A stretch of 64,000 nt of DNA. It comes from Mobula birostris (taxonomy: Eukaryota). This document shows, one piece after another, positions 27,456-40,124 of the stretch. The translations under genes and the position numbers were made by a program. The DNA lies in the NCBI RefSeq assembly GCF_030028105.1, contig NC_092391.1:27253223-27317222 (forward strand). The letters are read 5' to 3'. Position 1 is the first letter of the stretch. The number at the start of each line of letters is the position of its first letter. The notes beneath the pieces were generated by a model. It had not been told where the DNA came from, did not search any database, and saw nothing but the letters and a program-made list of their open reading frames with translations.

Positions 27456-28351
27456 AACCCAGGTCACTGGAACAGTGAGGCAGAGTTTTAATGATGGTGT
27501 CATTGTGCCATTCTGTTGCAGTAGTTCATATGGTTTATAATACAAAATGGGCAGAAAACTCAACCCCAGCACCGGGTACAGGCATGGTTTTCACAGGAAA
27601 CTTGAGAAATTAGGTGCTGCCAATGAATGAGATTGACCTGACCACATGGCTTTGAAATTTAAGACACTATGAATCCCTAAGGCAAGAAAGAGAAGAACAA
27701 TTTTTTTAAAATCACAAAAGAAAGAGAAGTTGAACAAGTTTCTGGAAAAGAAACACTTAAGGTGATGAGGTTAGTCTGCAAGACATTGAAAGCTGCTGGA
27801 GCAGTGAGGCAAAATGCAGATCAGGGTAAATGACTGGTGAGCTGGAGACTGCAGGCACTCTCTTAAAGGACCAAATGAAAACTCACTGGCTGAGTAGAGA
27901 CTGGTATCAGGACGTAGAAAAATTGTGCTTTTCCAGACTGAGTAAGAAGGAGCAATAATATTTTTCCTTCCTACCCAAAAATAACCCATTTGCTTATGTT
28001 TCTTACAACAGAATCACTGACCTTCACATCACAGTAAACTTACATAGCCCGATCTTCCTACAATCTCTTCACCGTGCAGGTGGAAACCTAACTTCTGGTG
28101 TAGTCACTCCTGTACTACTCCCCACACAACATGGACCACACCTGTCCAATCAGACTGCTGGAAAATAATGCATGCAAACCCAGGGTCCATGCACGCACAT
28201 TCCCTGAAACCATCCCTGGAAATCCTGCTGTGGTAAATTTCAGGGCCCAGATGTACAATTGAAAAAATAATCTTCTTAAATGATCAATGTCAGGAAAATG
28301 AAAGCTCCCTTGGAGACCAGCTGTACTTGCTTCAGATTGGTTATCACATAC

Positions 28352-28474
28352 CCGAGCACTTTTAATGATTTCCGTGAAGTTATCCAGAATAGATTTAATG
28401 TCATCTTTCAGTCTCTTGTTGTAGGATTGGAGCAGGATTTCCTTACTTTGAGGCAGAGTCCGTTGCTGGGACAT
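28352..28474 (-). CDS. MED22: MED22 first coding exon
   Basis: [41 protein letters not shown]|GTATGT; acceptor at ~28492. Confidence 0.97.
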
Positions 28475-29351
28475 TCTGCTCTTGTCCTACACTGAGAGAA
28501 GTCACAATAAAAAAAGGAAGCACGTGATTAGAGCATTTTCAACACTTTCTCTGCTATCTTGTACTTTTGTTAGGTCAAACACTCTTCTACGGAGTGAGGA
28601 CACTACCTTTTAGTTGCTGGTGAGATTGCTCTGCTACAGAGGGGAGAATGTTGTCCATATTTTCTGCATTGTGGATGTGGACTTGGACTGTGGGCTTTTA
28701 TTTTCAGTCTTATGGCCTTTTTTGTATTCTGTGTTTCCGTCCCATCCTTCTCGTTTTTTTTGTGTGTGGGTGAGGAAAACTTGGGGGTCACTGTGCTGAT
28801 TCCGTTTTTGTTAAGTTTTTTTTGTGTGGGGAGGAGGGATTTGGGGGTCGATTATCATGCTGCCGTCCTTTTCTTACTTGGTTTCGTGGCTATCTGGAGA
28901 AGAAAATTTCAGACTTGCATACTTTGATAATAAATAAACCTTTGAAACATAAGTGCCTTTCACAGATGCAAGATAAGTGATCACGATTCTTGTATAGTCA
29001 TGGTCTAGAGCTGCTGACAATTGGTCACAGTAAAACTCTAGGGATGGTAATCAATATAATAACCTAATTGCTGGATTTGATGAGTCTAATTTCAAAGATT
29101 GTAGGTTCAGTTCTAGTCTAGAGGTTTGAGAAGAGTATTCAGAGACTGCTGTGACTTCTTATGTATTAAACTGGGGTGTTTTTTTTCCCCTCTCATGTGG
29201 ATGTAAACAATCTAGCAGCATTGTTTGAAAATAAGGCAGTTACTTGTAGAGTCCTACACCAGTATCCATCTCTCACACAGCTTCACTTATAAACATGATC
29301 TGGTTATATTACAGCAGCGTTTGTAGAAACTTACCAAATGTAAATGGCTGT

Positions 29352-30506
29352 CATGAATAAGCTCTTCTTGGGCTTCCAGCATGTCCAGGTATCAACTATA
29401 ACCGATATTTCTATAACAAACTCTGCCATCTTCGTCTTGATGCCTGGGCATGTCTATTCTGGTGGTACTTATACCCAGTAGTCCATCCCTCCTGACTGGA
29501 TGAGGGCTGACCAACCAGGTTTCCGCTCTCCCATCTTGTTTACAATTTACCATATAACCATATAACAATTACAGCACAGAAACAGGCCATCTCAGCCCTT
29601 CTAGTCCGTGACGAACTCTTACTCTCACCTAGTCCCACCGACCTGCACTCAGCCCATAACCCTCCATTCCTTTCCTGTCCACATAGCTATCCAATTTAAC
29701 TTTGAACAACAACATCGAACCTGCCTCAACCACTTCTGCTGGAAGCTTGTTCCACACAGCTACCACTCTCTGAGTAAAGAAGTTCCCCCTCATGTTACCC
29801 CTAAACTTTTGCCCTTTAACTCTCAACTCATGTCCTCTTGTTTGAATCTCCCCCACTCTCAATGGAAAAGGCCTATCAACTCTATCTATCCCCCTCATCA
29901 TTTTAAATACCTCTATCAAGTCCCCCCTCAACCTTCTACGCTCCAAAGAATAAAGACCCAACTTGTTCAACCTTTCTCTGTAACTTAGGAGATGAAACCC
30001 AGGTAACATTCTTGTAAATCTTCTCTGTACTCTATTTTGTTGAAATCCTTCCTATAATTTGGTGACCAAAACTGTACACAATACTCCAAATTTGGCCTTA
30101 CCAATGCCTTGTACAATTTCAACATTACATCCCAACTCCTATACTCAATGCTCTGATTTATAAAGGCCAGCATACCAAAAGCTTAATTTAATCCCAGTTC
30201 TTACTTAGAGCGAGAACTTCCATCTTTGTTAAAAACCTTTTCCTCTAAAAATTAAAGTTTTTTCAACAAAGACAGAGGTCTCGCTCTAAGAACGAACTGG
30301 AATTCAGTTGTAAACAAGGTGGGAGAGTAGAAACCTGATTGGATGAGGACTAACCAATCAGGAGGGACAGACAACAGGGGTATAAATACCACTGGACTGG
30401 ACATGCCCGGATATCATCCCTGAAGAAGATGGCAGAGTTTATCGAAACATCAGTGTTTATCGAAACCTGTACCCGGCTGGAAGCCCGGAAGAGTTTATTC
30501 GTCATA
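29352..30506. mobile_element. Foldback (inverted-arm) element with hammerhead-like motifs, interrupted by a CR1 fragment
   Basis: Arms ATGAATAAGCTCTT... / ...AAGAGTTTATTCGTCAT are mutually inverted; second copy at 46413-46814. Confidence 0.75.
29549..30185 (-). mobile_element. CR1 LINE 3' fragment
   Basis: LVRPNLEYCVQFWSP, LERRRLRGDLIEVFK; tandem ACCATATA tail. Confidence 0.9.
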
Positions 30507-31049
30507 TATGGCGGGAGAGCACAAGATCCTTTTTCAAATGGGTCGCATGTTTCCCACATTACAAAACTGGCCATGCTTCAAAAGTACTTCACGGGCTGCA
30601 AACTACATTGGAGTAGGCTATAATCCTGACAGGTGCCTTACAAATGCTTTTTTCTGTTGAGAGGAAAAAAATGGGAAACCAAGCAATACACTGAAAATGA
30701 GGGAATGGTGCTAAATCAGGGTTGTATTATTTGCTATAGTGCCTTGAAAATTCTCAGAATGTCCCAAAGTGCTTTAAATCCAGCAAAATACCTTTTGAAG
30801 TGCTTCAAGGTTCAAGACAGCAGAGATGATACCCCTGTTCTGCAAAATAGTGCCATGGAACCTGAAAAATAACAGATTACTGCAGACAGTTAGCAGATCA
30901 GGCTGCATATATGTGGAAAGGCAAACAAGCTTCACATTTCCGATTCGAGACCCTTCATAATAGCACATTGCCTGAGATTATGTTCTATGAAGAAATAAGC
31001 ATAGTCAGTAGTTGACCCATGACTGAGGCTCAGTCAAAGGCTGCAGAAT

Positions 31050-31720
31050 ACATTCAGGCTGGAGGAACTATACAAGTCAGGATGCATCTATGGAGGGAAA
31101 TAAACAGTTGATATTTCCAGCTGGACCTCTTCTTCAAGACCGGAAAGTGATATTAGTCAGAATAGGAAGGTGGGGGGGGGGGCGGGAAGGGAAGGAGTAC
31201 AAGATGGCAGGTGATGGGTGAGACGAGGCGGGGTGGGATATGTCAAAAGTTATATGCACAAGAGCTAACGGGCTGGAGGAGGAGGAGGAATCTGATAAGG
31301 GAGCACAGTTGACCATAATATAAAGGTTAAGCATCTCAGCTCTGTGCACTTTTCAGTCAGAAACTTCCTGTGGCCACCTATTTTTGATACCATTTCCCAT
31401 TTCCACACTAACCCATAGCCTCCTCTACTGACAAACTGAAACCAAACCAAGGCTGGAGGAGAAGCACTTCATATTTGGCCTGAGAAGTCTCCTCCCCTGG
31501 TCTCCCCTATCACCTACCAGCTTGTACTCCTCTGCCTCCCCTCCCTTCTTATTTTGGCTTCTATCCCCTTCATTTCCAGTCCTGATGAAAGGTCCCAGCC
31601 CGAATTAATCGAATTATCAACTGTTTATTTCCTTCAAAAGATGCTGCCTGGCCTGTTGAGCTCCCCCAGCGTTTTGCTGAGTGTTATTCAAAATTCCCAG
31701 CATCTGCAGAATCCCTCATG
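31050..31720. mobile_element. Degenerate Penelope-derived element with inverted pLTR halves
   Basis: GCTGGAGGAACT...GATGCATCT and GATGCTGCCTGGCCTG...CCAGCATCTGCAGA ends; decayed CTGATGAAAGG...CCCGAA motif at ~31582. Confidence 0.6.
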
Positions 31721-32153
31721 CCATCTTCAGTTCAGTTTCTGAACTTACTACCCAAGCGTCCAGTGGATCAGAATCATTTTCATTTACATAATAGTGAAAT
31801 ATGTTGTTTTGCAGCAGCAGTATAGCGCAATACATAAGAAAATCACTGTAAATTGCAAAAGCAAATATAAAAAATAAATAAAGCAGAGTAAATAATGAAA
31901 TTGTGTTCATGATTTCATGGAGCATTCAGAAATATGACAGAAGGGAAAAAACGTACTTAAAATATTGAGTGTGTCTGATGGTAGTAATGAGAAGAGGGGC
32001 ACCCATATCCATCTCCCCATTTTTTCTCTAGCTTCAGCGACAGATCTCTGGTTCCCAACACCACCCGCCTTTCCCAGTGTTCACTCCCCGCTCTTAGGCC
32101 CGCTCACGTCGATGCGAAACTAAACACAACCCCATTACTACGGAACAACTCAC

Positions 32154-32345
32154 CTCAGCCCCCGCCAACACACTGCGACCACCACCAAACCTTGCTGCCA
32201 TACATCCCGCCTCCCGACGTAGCTGATTGGCGTTGGGCGCTGGGTGAACAGGAAACATCACGATGTCTATCGCTAGCCGAGCTGCCCGTTAAAAGTAGCG
32301 CGAGGTATCAAGTTCGGTTGCGCCCTGCGTGACGGACTTCATTTT
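32154..32345 (-). promoter_or_regulatory. MED22: Probable MED22 promoter / non-coding first exon
   Basis: Local CpG-rich patch upstream of the first coding exon; strong minus-strand donor GAG|GTGAGT at 32154/32153; CCAAT (-) at ~32226. The TSS cannot be determined. Confidence 0.6.
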
Positions 32346-32419
32346 GTGAAGGTCACACCATGTTAGTAAGGTCCTTATGAAGGAGATGGTGGGGGAAAGA
32401 AATCTACAGATAATTGACT

Positions 32420-33150
32420 TTAGTTCTTACATCCCTCACATACATGAGGAATAAAAATCTTTACGTTACGTCTCCCTCTGAATGTGCAAGTTATAGTAAT
32501 TTGTAATAAATAGTAGGTACAGTAAAATATACAGTACAACAGAACAGTCAATATAGTTTAGAAATACAATTGTATCAGCGTGAATTAATCAGTCTGATGG
32601 CCTGGTGGAAGAAGCTGTCCTGGAGCCTGTTGGTCCTGGCTTTTATGCTGCGGTACCACTTCCTGGATGGTAGCAGCTGGAACAGTTTGTGATTGACTTG
32701 GGTCCCCAGTGATCCTTTGGGCCCTTTTTACGCACCTGTCTTCTGTCCGCACCACTCTCTGCAGAGTCCTGCGATTGAGGGAAGTACAGCTCCCATACCA
32801 GGCAGTGATGCAGCCAGTCAGGATGCTCTCAATTGTGCCCCTGTAGAAAGTTCTTGGGATTTGGGGACTCAAGCCAATCTTCTTCAGCTGTCTGAGATTG
32901 TGCGTTTTTCGCCACACAGCAGTACTTAAAGACCAAGTGAGGTCCTTGGTGATGTAGATGCTGAAGAACTTAAAGCTGTTCATCCTCTCAACCCCAGATC
33001 CATTGATGTCAATAGGATTTAGCCTGTCTCCATTCCTCCTATAGTCCACAATCAGCTCCTTTGTTTTCGTGACATTGAGGGGGAGGTTGTTTTCTTAACA
33101 CCACTGTGTCAGGGTGATGACTTCTTCCCTGTAGGCTGCCTCGTTATTGA
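32420..33150 (-). mobile_element. Rex1/Babar-like LINE 3' fragment
   Basis: DYRR...INGSGVERMNSFKF...TFYRGTIESILTGCITAWYG. Confidence 0.8.
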
Positions 33151-33199
33151 TGCCTCTCAACGGGGCTCCCAAGGTGCAATGTCTTCTGGACATTGTAGT

Positions 33200-35990
33200 C
33201 GGTCGGCAAGAGTTACGGGGGCCTGGTGGTTTGTACCACCTGTAATATGACTGAAGGGAAATTTAGACTTGTGTGATAGTTTGGAATGGATTTTGGCATA
33301 ATATAAAAGGAAAATGAGTCGGGGGGGTGGTTGGGGAGGATTATGGTCGCCGGCTGAAAGGCATTCAGACTGGGGTAGAAGATGCTGTACGTTTCAAGAT
33401 AATGATTACTTTCATATCTTATTGTGACAAAATTCTTTACCTTGACAAAGTTTACGCAGAAAGATTGGGGAAAGTAAAATCAGCAATATGTCTTAGCAAG
33501 GCTAGGGTGTTGATTACACGTGCTGATATAAAACAACAGGAGAAAATACTGAAAGTGAAGACTCTGGACCAGAATAAAATTGTTAGTAGGGGGTAAAATG
33601 AAGGCTTGGGGTGTTCTTTCAGGTGAACCTCTCTGTGTATCTGTGGAGGATATTAGGGACAATCTGGTCCCTCAAGTTGTTTTGGCAAAGAGATTACAGG
33701 CCTGGGGGTGGGGGGGAAATGTGATAGCTGATCTGTTCTGTTGAGTTTTTCTGGTGAAGTGCTGCTGTGAAAAAATCTATTTCGGCTGTATCAGTTATTC
33801 AGTCAGAAAGTATGACCCTCCTCCGTTGCGGTGTTTTAAGTGCCAATGAGTGGGACACGTTGCTGCTTCTTGCAGGCGGAAATGTGGAAGAGAACGTGAA
33901 TATGGGAATTGTGAAGTTGGCGTTGGGGCAAGATGCGGTGCTCACAGTGCTGCTTATTTAAGATGCCCTGTTTTACAAAAGGCTTTGGAAATTCAGAAGG
34001 TGAGGTTAGGACATAACATTTCTTACGCTGAAGCTGTGAGATTTGATTCCTCTACATCTGTAGGGTGTTGGGTTAAGACAGGCACTTACAAGGTTTCAGA
34101 TGGGGGAAGATCATGAAGTGAGGTTCTGTAGGTGGGGAGTGGGGGAGGTGAAGTATCTATGGAGGTATTGATTAAAAGATAGATTTTCTTGCGTTTCTGT
34201 GTGCTGTGGTTAATGGAACACTACTGGTAGGAAAGAAGTCTGATAAACTCAGGATATTGGTGGGTAGAGCGTCAAAGTATTTGGGTTTAGTGGGAATTAC
34301 TCCTGAACAGGTAAATGAATTGCTTAGGAGGGAAGATTTGGGGAATGACAGTAAAGAGAATGGGCTGATGGTGAACAGTGATTGTACACAAAGTGCTACA
34401 CAGTGATCTTCTCTTAAACTTACAGTTCTTCATTGGAATGCGAGAAGTCTGTTCACCAACGTACGGGAACTTAAAGAGTATGTCTTAGGTTTTGGTATTC
34501 CCTTGAGTGATACTTGTGTGCAAGAATCAATCACAATTATCGTTTGAGATTCTGGGTTATGAGCTGAGGGAGGAGGCTGTGCCACCTTTGTGCAGGACAG
34601 TTTGTTGTACAGAAGCTTGTCTTCTCCAGAAAATACCGAATGTGTAATTATTGAATGGTTGTATTTACAGGGTGGGAATTGTGAACTTTTATAATCCAGG
34701 TCAGGAACTGTCTGTGGAAGGTTTGGGAAAAATGGCAGGAAAATATTCTGGTAAAATTATTTTTTGTGGTGACTTTAATGCAGAGTGATTTGCAGGGCAG
34801 TAAGATTACAGTGCCAGTGAAGCAGTAGTAGAGGAATTTTTGGAAGAATATAATTTAATTTGTTTAAATGATGGAAGAAAGACAAGGATGGATATTGCTA
34901 AAGGTGGGGGCTCTTGTCTGGACTTGACTCTTATCCCTGCTCCACTTGCAGTTGTGATGTAATGACTGATGGTATGGGGAATGATCATTTCCCAGCCCTG
35001 TGTACTGTAGGGATGAAAGTTCACTGTCAGAATTTGGATTCTGGTACTAAATGGTGTTTTAGGAGGGCAAACTGGGAAAAATTTCTGTTGAGTGAAGAAA
35101 CCATTTTATCAATTATCTCCAGGAGACACCATTGTCACCCAGTTTGGATAGGGCCCAAGTGCAGAATGAGAGACACTGACGCGGGTCAATAGTTCACAGA
35201 CTTTAATGCGAACAGTGTTAAAGGGAAAATAAAACAATAAACACTAGGCCAAATAGGGCCATTAACTAAAACTCTCAAATGGAAAACAAAGCCTATACTG
35301 TGGCTGAAAAGAACAACGAGGAATAAAACGAGTACCACTAGTCTTCAGAGTCAGTTGACTCGACAGTCTAATTTCTCAGGGAAGACAGAATGCAGGCACC
35401 AAAGCATTTCTGTGTCCAAGTCTCAACAAATACTACGACGGAATGAACGGAGTTAAATACTATCACAACGAAATAATAATTAGCTGACACGTGCATATTC
35501 ACGAGCGCAACTGCCAAACCTTCTGTGGCTGACGCTACCGCAGGAGACTATCGGAGTATAATTTCTAGTTCGTGTGGGGCAGTCCATCAGGCCATTCCTC
35601 TGGTGTCTCAGAGAGCTGGTAAGAAATGTGTTCCTTGGTGGACACAAGAATGTACGAAGTCTATCAGAGACTGGAGATGGGCTTTTTGCATTTTGAAATG
35701 TAGATTAACGCAAGAAGCCTTGAAGAACTTTCAGAAGAAAACAGGTGGCAAGGAGAGTTATTAGGAATGCTAAGAGAGCAGCTCAACAATTGGGAGGGAA
35801 ACTGGTCTGACAGTGCTGTGGAGAATGCTAAAGAAAATAAATGGTGTCACAGGTTACATCCAGATTCCAGTGTTAGCGGAGAATAGAAACTTGGCTACAA
35901 TGGTCATAGAAAAGGAAAACATGTTCGCAAAGACACATGGACTAGTCAATTTAGGGGATAATATATTCAAATTCAAATGCAGAAAAACTA
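33200..35990 (+). mobile_element. Degenerate Nimb/I-clade-like LINE (gag-knuckle ORF1 + APE endonuclease)
   Basis: PLRCFKCQ..GHVAASC...AHSAAYLRCP...ISYAEAVR; HWNARSL, GDFNA, LNDG..TR, DHFP, ANWEKF, VPWW remnants. Confidence 0.7.
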
Positions 35991-37624
35991 GTCACACTTG
36001 GCCATCATAAACTATAATGCTCTCAAATTCGTACGGCTGCAATGGTGAAAGTGCAAATAAAGTATTAGAATACCAGAATTAAATGCTCAGAATCAGGTTT
36101 AATATCACCGGCATATGTCGCGAAATCTGTTGTTTTGCAGCACCATTAAATTGCAGTACGTAATTTTAAAAAGCCATCAATTACAAAAAGAAGTATATAC
36201 TAAAACTTAAAGTAAGTAAGTAGTGCAAAAGAGAGCAAATGAAAAATAGTGAGGTAGTGTTCATGGGTTCATTGTCCATCTGATAGCAGATGGGAAGAAA
36301 CTATTCCTGAAATGTTGAGTGTGTCTCTGCAGGTGTGTGTGTTCTCCCCTCCGACGGCAGCAATGAGAAGAGGGCATGTCCTGGGTGATGATGGTCCTTA
36401 ATGGTGGATGTCACCTTCTTCAGATGAATACTTTACTTTATACTTTATTGTCGCCGAACGATTGATACTAGAACGTACAATCATCACAGCGATATTTGAT
36501 TCTGTGCTTCCCGCTCCCTGGATTACAAATATTAAATACTAAAAATATTAAAAAGATTTTCCTCATATGGGTTAAAATTCCAATATCGAAATCCAAGTAT
36601 GTATCAAAATGGAACTGTGGGTAGGTACAATCCTTGACAATGGATCCTAAAGAAGATATTTATCCCACAGATTAATACTGGTTGGAAATTATCTATCTAG
36701 CTCAGAACTTACCAGAGGAATAAATGAATGACAAAATTAAGTTCTATTTGATGTTGTTTTATTATAACTCTACAAAGTAATACAGGTCCTGTAGTAACAA
36801 AGTCTGTCCTTTTACCTAAAACTGACTAGAATGACAAAATCCACCAGGAACAAAGATTTACAAACATTATTTACAATCAGCCTGAAAAATAATTGCTTCA
36901 CTTAGCTAGAAGGATTACTTTGTCCACGCTGCAACCTCTCAATCTTTTATGTTCATTTTAAAGAAACTTGGAAACAGTTGCACCATTCTATCCTGAATTT
37001 GTCCATTTTTTTCTCTTTGAATGGCTTCTGTAGAATGATTTCAGACGATTACTCACCGAGCTAACCTGCTATCCATTATCTTTCTATGAATGAGGTGCCT
37101 ATGTTCTGAAGAAAAGATTCTACACAATTACAAAAATATATCTTCATAATTCTTCTGAGGCATCTCTGAAGTCTACTGGCTACCAGCTTTTATCAATCAA
37201 TTTGCAGATGTGAATGCATTTGGCAGGGTCCATCCCTAATTCACCCCAAAAAAGCTGTTAGGTTGCCTGAAGCTGGTAGGCCTGTGTAATGTTGCTGTTT
37301 TGACTCCAGGATGATGACATAAGAACAGAATATTTTCAATTACAATGCTGTGTGGAGGTGGACTTTCAACTGGTATTTTCATGGACTTGGTACCCATGTC
37401 CTTTTTTGGACCAGAGAAGGTGTTGAATCATTTGCCAATTTTTTTACTGTATCCTGTAGATCATACAATCTGCAGCCTTTACATGCCATCTGCAATTTCT
37501 TAAGCTTGTTAGTGTATAATTTGTGAACTTTCCCCTCAAGTTCAGCCAAACTCTTATAAAATGGCAACTGCAAGGTCCCGAGTGCTATTCTCCTTCAGCA
37601 AAACGTTGCACTTTGGCAACAGTA

Positions 37625-37790
37625 TCAGGATTTCAGTTGCTCTCCAGAGCTCGTTGTGTCCTTAGAAACATCTCCTTCAGCTGGATCTCCAGGTTTATCA
37701 TTCACTACTTCTGTCAGGATTTCCAGAGAGCCATCACCAACCACACGCTGAACCTTTTCTCCTCTCGCAGCCAGTATTTCTTCAATATTC
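37625..37790 (-). CDS. DNLZ: DNLZ exon 3
   Basis: CAG acceptor; (K)NIEEILAARGEKVQRVVGDGSLEIL...EQLKS*; AATAAA (-) at 36758-36763. Confidence 0.93.
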
Positions 37791-38438
37791 CTGATGGCAT
37801 CAATCAGAGGGAAATTTGTTCAAAATGGTGCCTATTAATACATTTAATAATAATATGTGCCAAGATAACCTTGAGTGGGGCTAGAAGGTGAAAGATAATT
37901 GGGCCACATTGAGTTTGGATTGCTTTAAAGTTATACTTCAATTTTATATTTATCAATTGAATAGTAAACTGAAACAGAACAAGATTTTATTTTGCATTAC
38001 AGACAAAGAAACTGGGTTATACAAAACTGTCACTGCCTCCAGGGTGTAATTAATAGGTGATTTGTTTCCAGTACTTGTCAGCAAGGACATAGAGAAACTA
38101 AGAGTAAATCATCGATAGATGCCTTGCGTTGGACAACAAGACCCTGCAGAGGATAGTAAAAACTGCTGAGAGGATCATGGAACCTTCCTCCCTCCCAATT
38201 TGTGACAGTTACCAGGAGCACTGGAGACGAAGAGTCCAAGACATTGTTGAGGATCTCCCCACCCATCGCAAAATCTCTCTGACCTGCTACCGTTAGGAGG
38301 AGGTATAGGATCAGCAGGACGAGGACTGACAGACTGGACAGCAACTTCTTCCCCCAGGCTGTGAGACTAATGAACACCCTGCCACCGGTGAGGTCACATC
38401 ACTGTTTACTGTTACCTGTGCAGTGCACTTCACATGTA

Positions 38439-39849
38439 CAAACCCCATTTCCAGAAAAGTTGGGATGTTTTCCAAAATGCAATAAAAACAAAAATCTGTG
38501 ATATGTTAATTTACGTGATCCTTTATTTAACTGAAAAAGTACAAAGAAAAGATTTTCCATAGTTTTACTGACCAACTTAATTGTATTTTGTAAACATACA
38601 CAAATTTAGAATTTGATGGCTGCAACACACTCAACAAAAGTTGGGACAGAGGCATGTTTACCATTGTGTTACATCACCTTTCCTTTTAATAACACTTTTT
38701 AATCGTTTTGGAACTAAGGATACTAATTGTAGTAGATTTACAACTGGAAATTTTGTCCATTCTTGCTTGATATAAGACTTCAGCTGCTCAACAGTCCGTG
38801 GTCTCCGTTGTCTGATTCTCCTCTTCATGATGCGCCATACATTTTCAATAGGAGATAGATCTGGACTGGCAGCAGGCCAGTCAAGCACACGCACTCTGTC
38901 TACAAAGCCACGCTGTTGTAGCCCGTGCAGAATGTGGTCTGGCATTGTCCTGCTGAAATAAGCATGGACGTCCCGGGAAGAGACGCCGCCTTGATGGCAA
39001 CATCTGTCTCTCTAAAATCCTAATTTACACCTCAGAGTCAATGGTACCTTCACATACATGCAACTCACCCATGCCATGGGCACTGATGCACCCCCATACC
39101 ATCACAGATGCTGGCTTTTGCACCTTTCGCTGATAACAATCTGGACGCGTGTTTTCATCTTTGGCACGGAGAACTTGACGCCTGTTTTTTCCGAAAACTA
39201 GCTGAAATGTGGACTCATCTGACCACAGCACATGGTTCCACAGTCTTTCGGTCCATCTGAGATGAGCTCGGGCCCAGAGAACTTGCTGGCGTTTCTGCAT
39301 AGAGTTGATATATGGCTTCCTCCTTGCGTAATACAGTTTCAAGTTGCATTTCTGGATGCAGCGACGGACTGTGTTGAGTGACAATGGTTTTCCAAAGTAC
39401 TCTCAATCTTGCGTTGAGAAATGTTCCTTTTGAACTGACTAACAATTCTCTCTCGAATTTTGGCACAAAGGGGTGAGACACGACCCATCCTTGCTTGCAA
39501 AGACTGAGCCTTTGATGGACACTACTTTTATACCCAGTCATGATACCTCACCTGCTACCCATTAGCCTGCTTAATGTGGAGTCTTCCAAACCGGTGTTAC
39601 TTGAATATTCTGTGCACTTTTCAATCTTATTTTAACTCTGTCCCAACTTTTGTTGAGTGTGTTGCAGCCATCAAATTCTAAATTTGTGTATATTTAAAAA
39701 AATACACTTAAGTTGGTCAGTAAACTATTGAAAATCTTTTCTTTGCACTTTTGTCAGTTAAATAAAGGTTCACGTGAATTAACATATCACAGACTTTTGT
39801 TTTTATTGCATTTTGGAAAATATCCCAACTTTTCTGGAAATTGGGTTTG
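38439..39849 (-). mobile_element. Tc1-like transposon with ~210-bp TIRs, frameshifted and internally deleted transposase
   Basis: TA-flanked; TIR CAAACCCCATTTCCAGAAAAGTTGGGAT; WSDESTF, QQDNA and SPDLSPIENVW motifs; inserted in an older LINE 3' remnant. Confidence 0.93.
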
Positions 39850-40124
39850 TATTTTGAATGATATTTTATTAACTTATTTGTGGTAATATTGTATTTTAAG
39901 TACCATACATAATATGTATTTTATGGGTGCACTGTGGTCTGGAGGAACTTTGTTTCATTTGGTTGTATACAGTATAGGTACAGTCAGATGAAAATAAACT
40001 TCAACTTGAAGCAGTCCAGGAGTAAATTTCTGCCTCCAATAACGGTGAGCTCCTCAGGGGCTCAAGTGTTTGTGGACAGTGATAACTGTATTTTAATTTG
40101 AAACTGTAAATAGTGTCATCAAGT

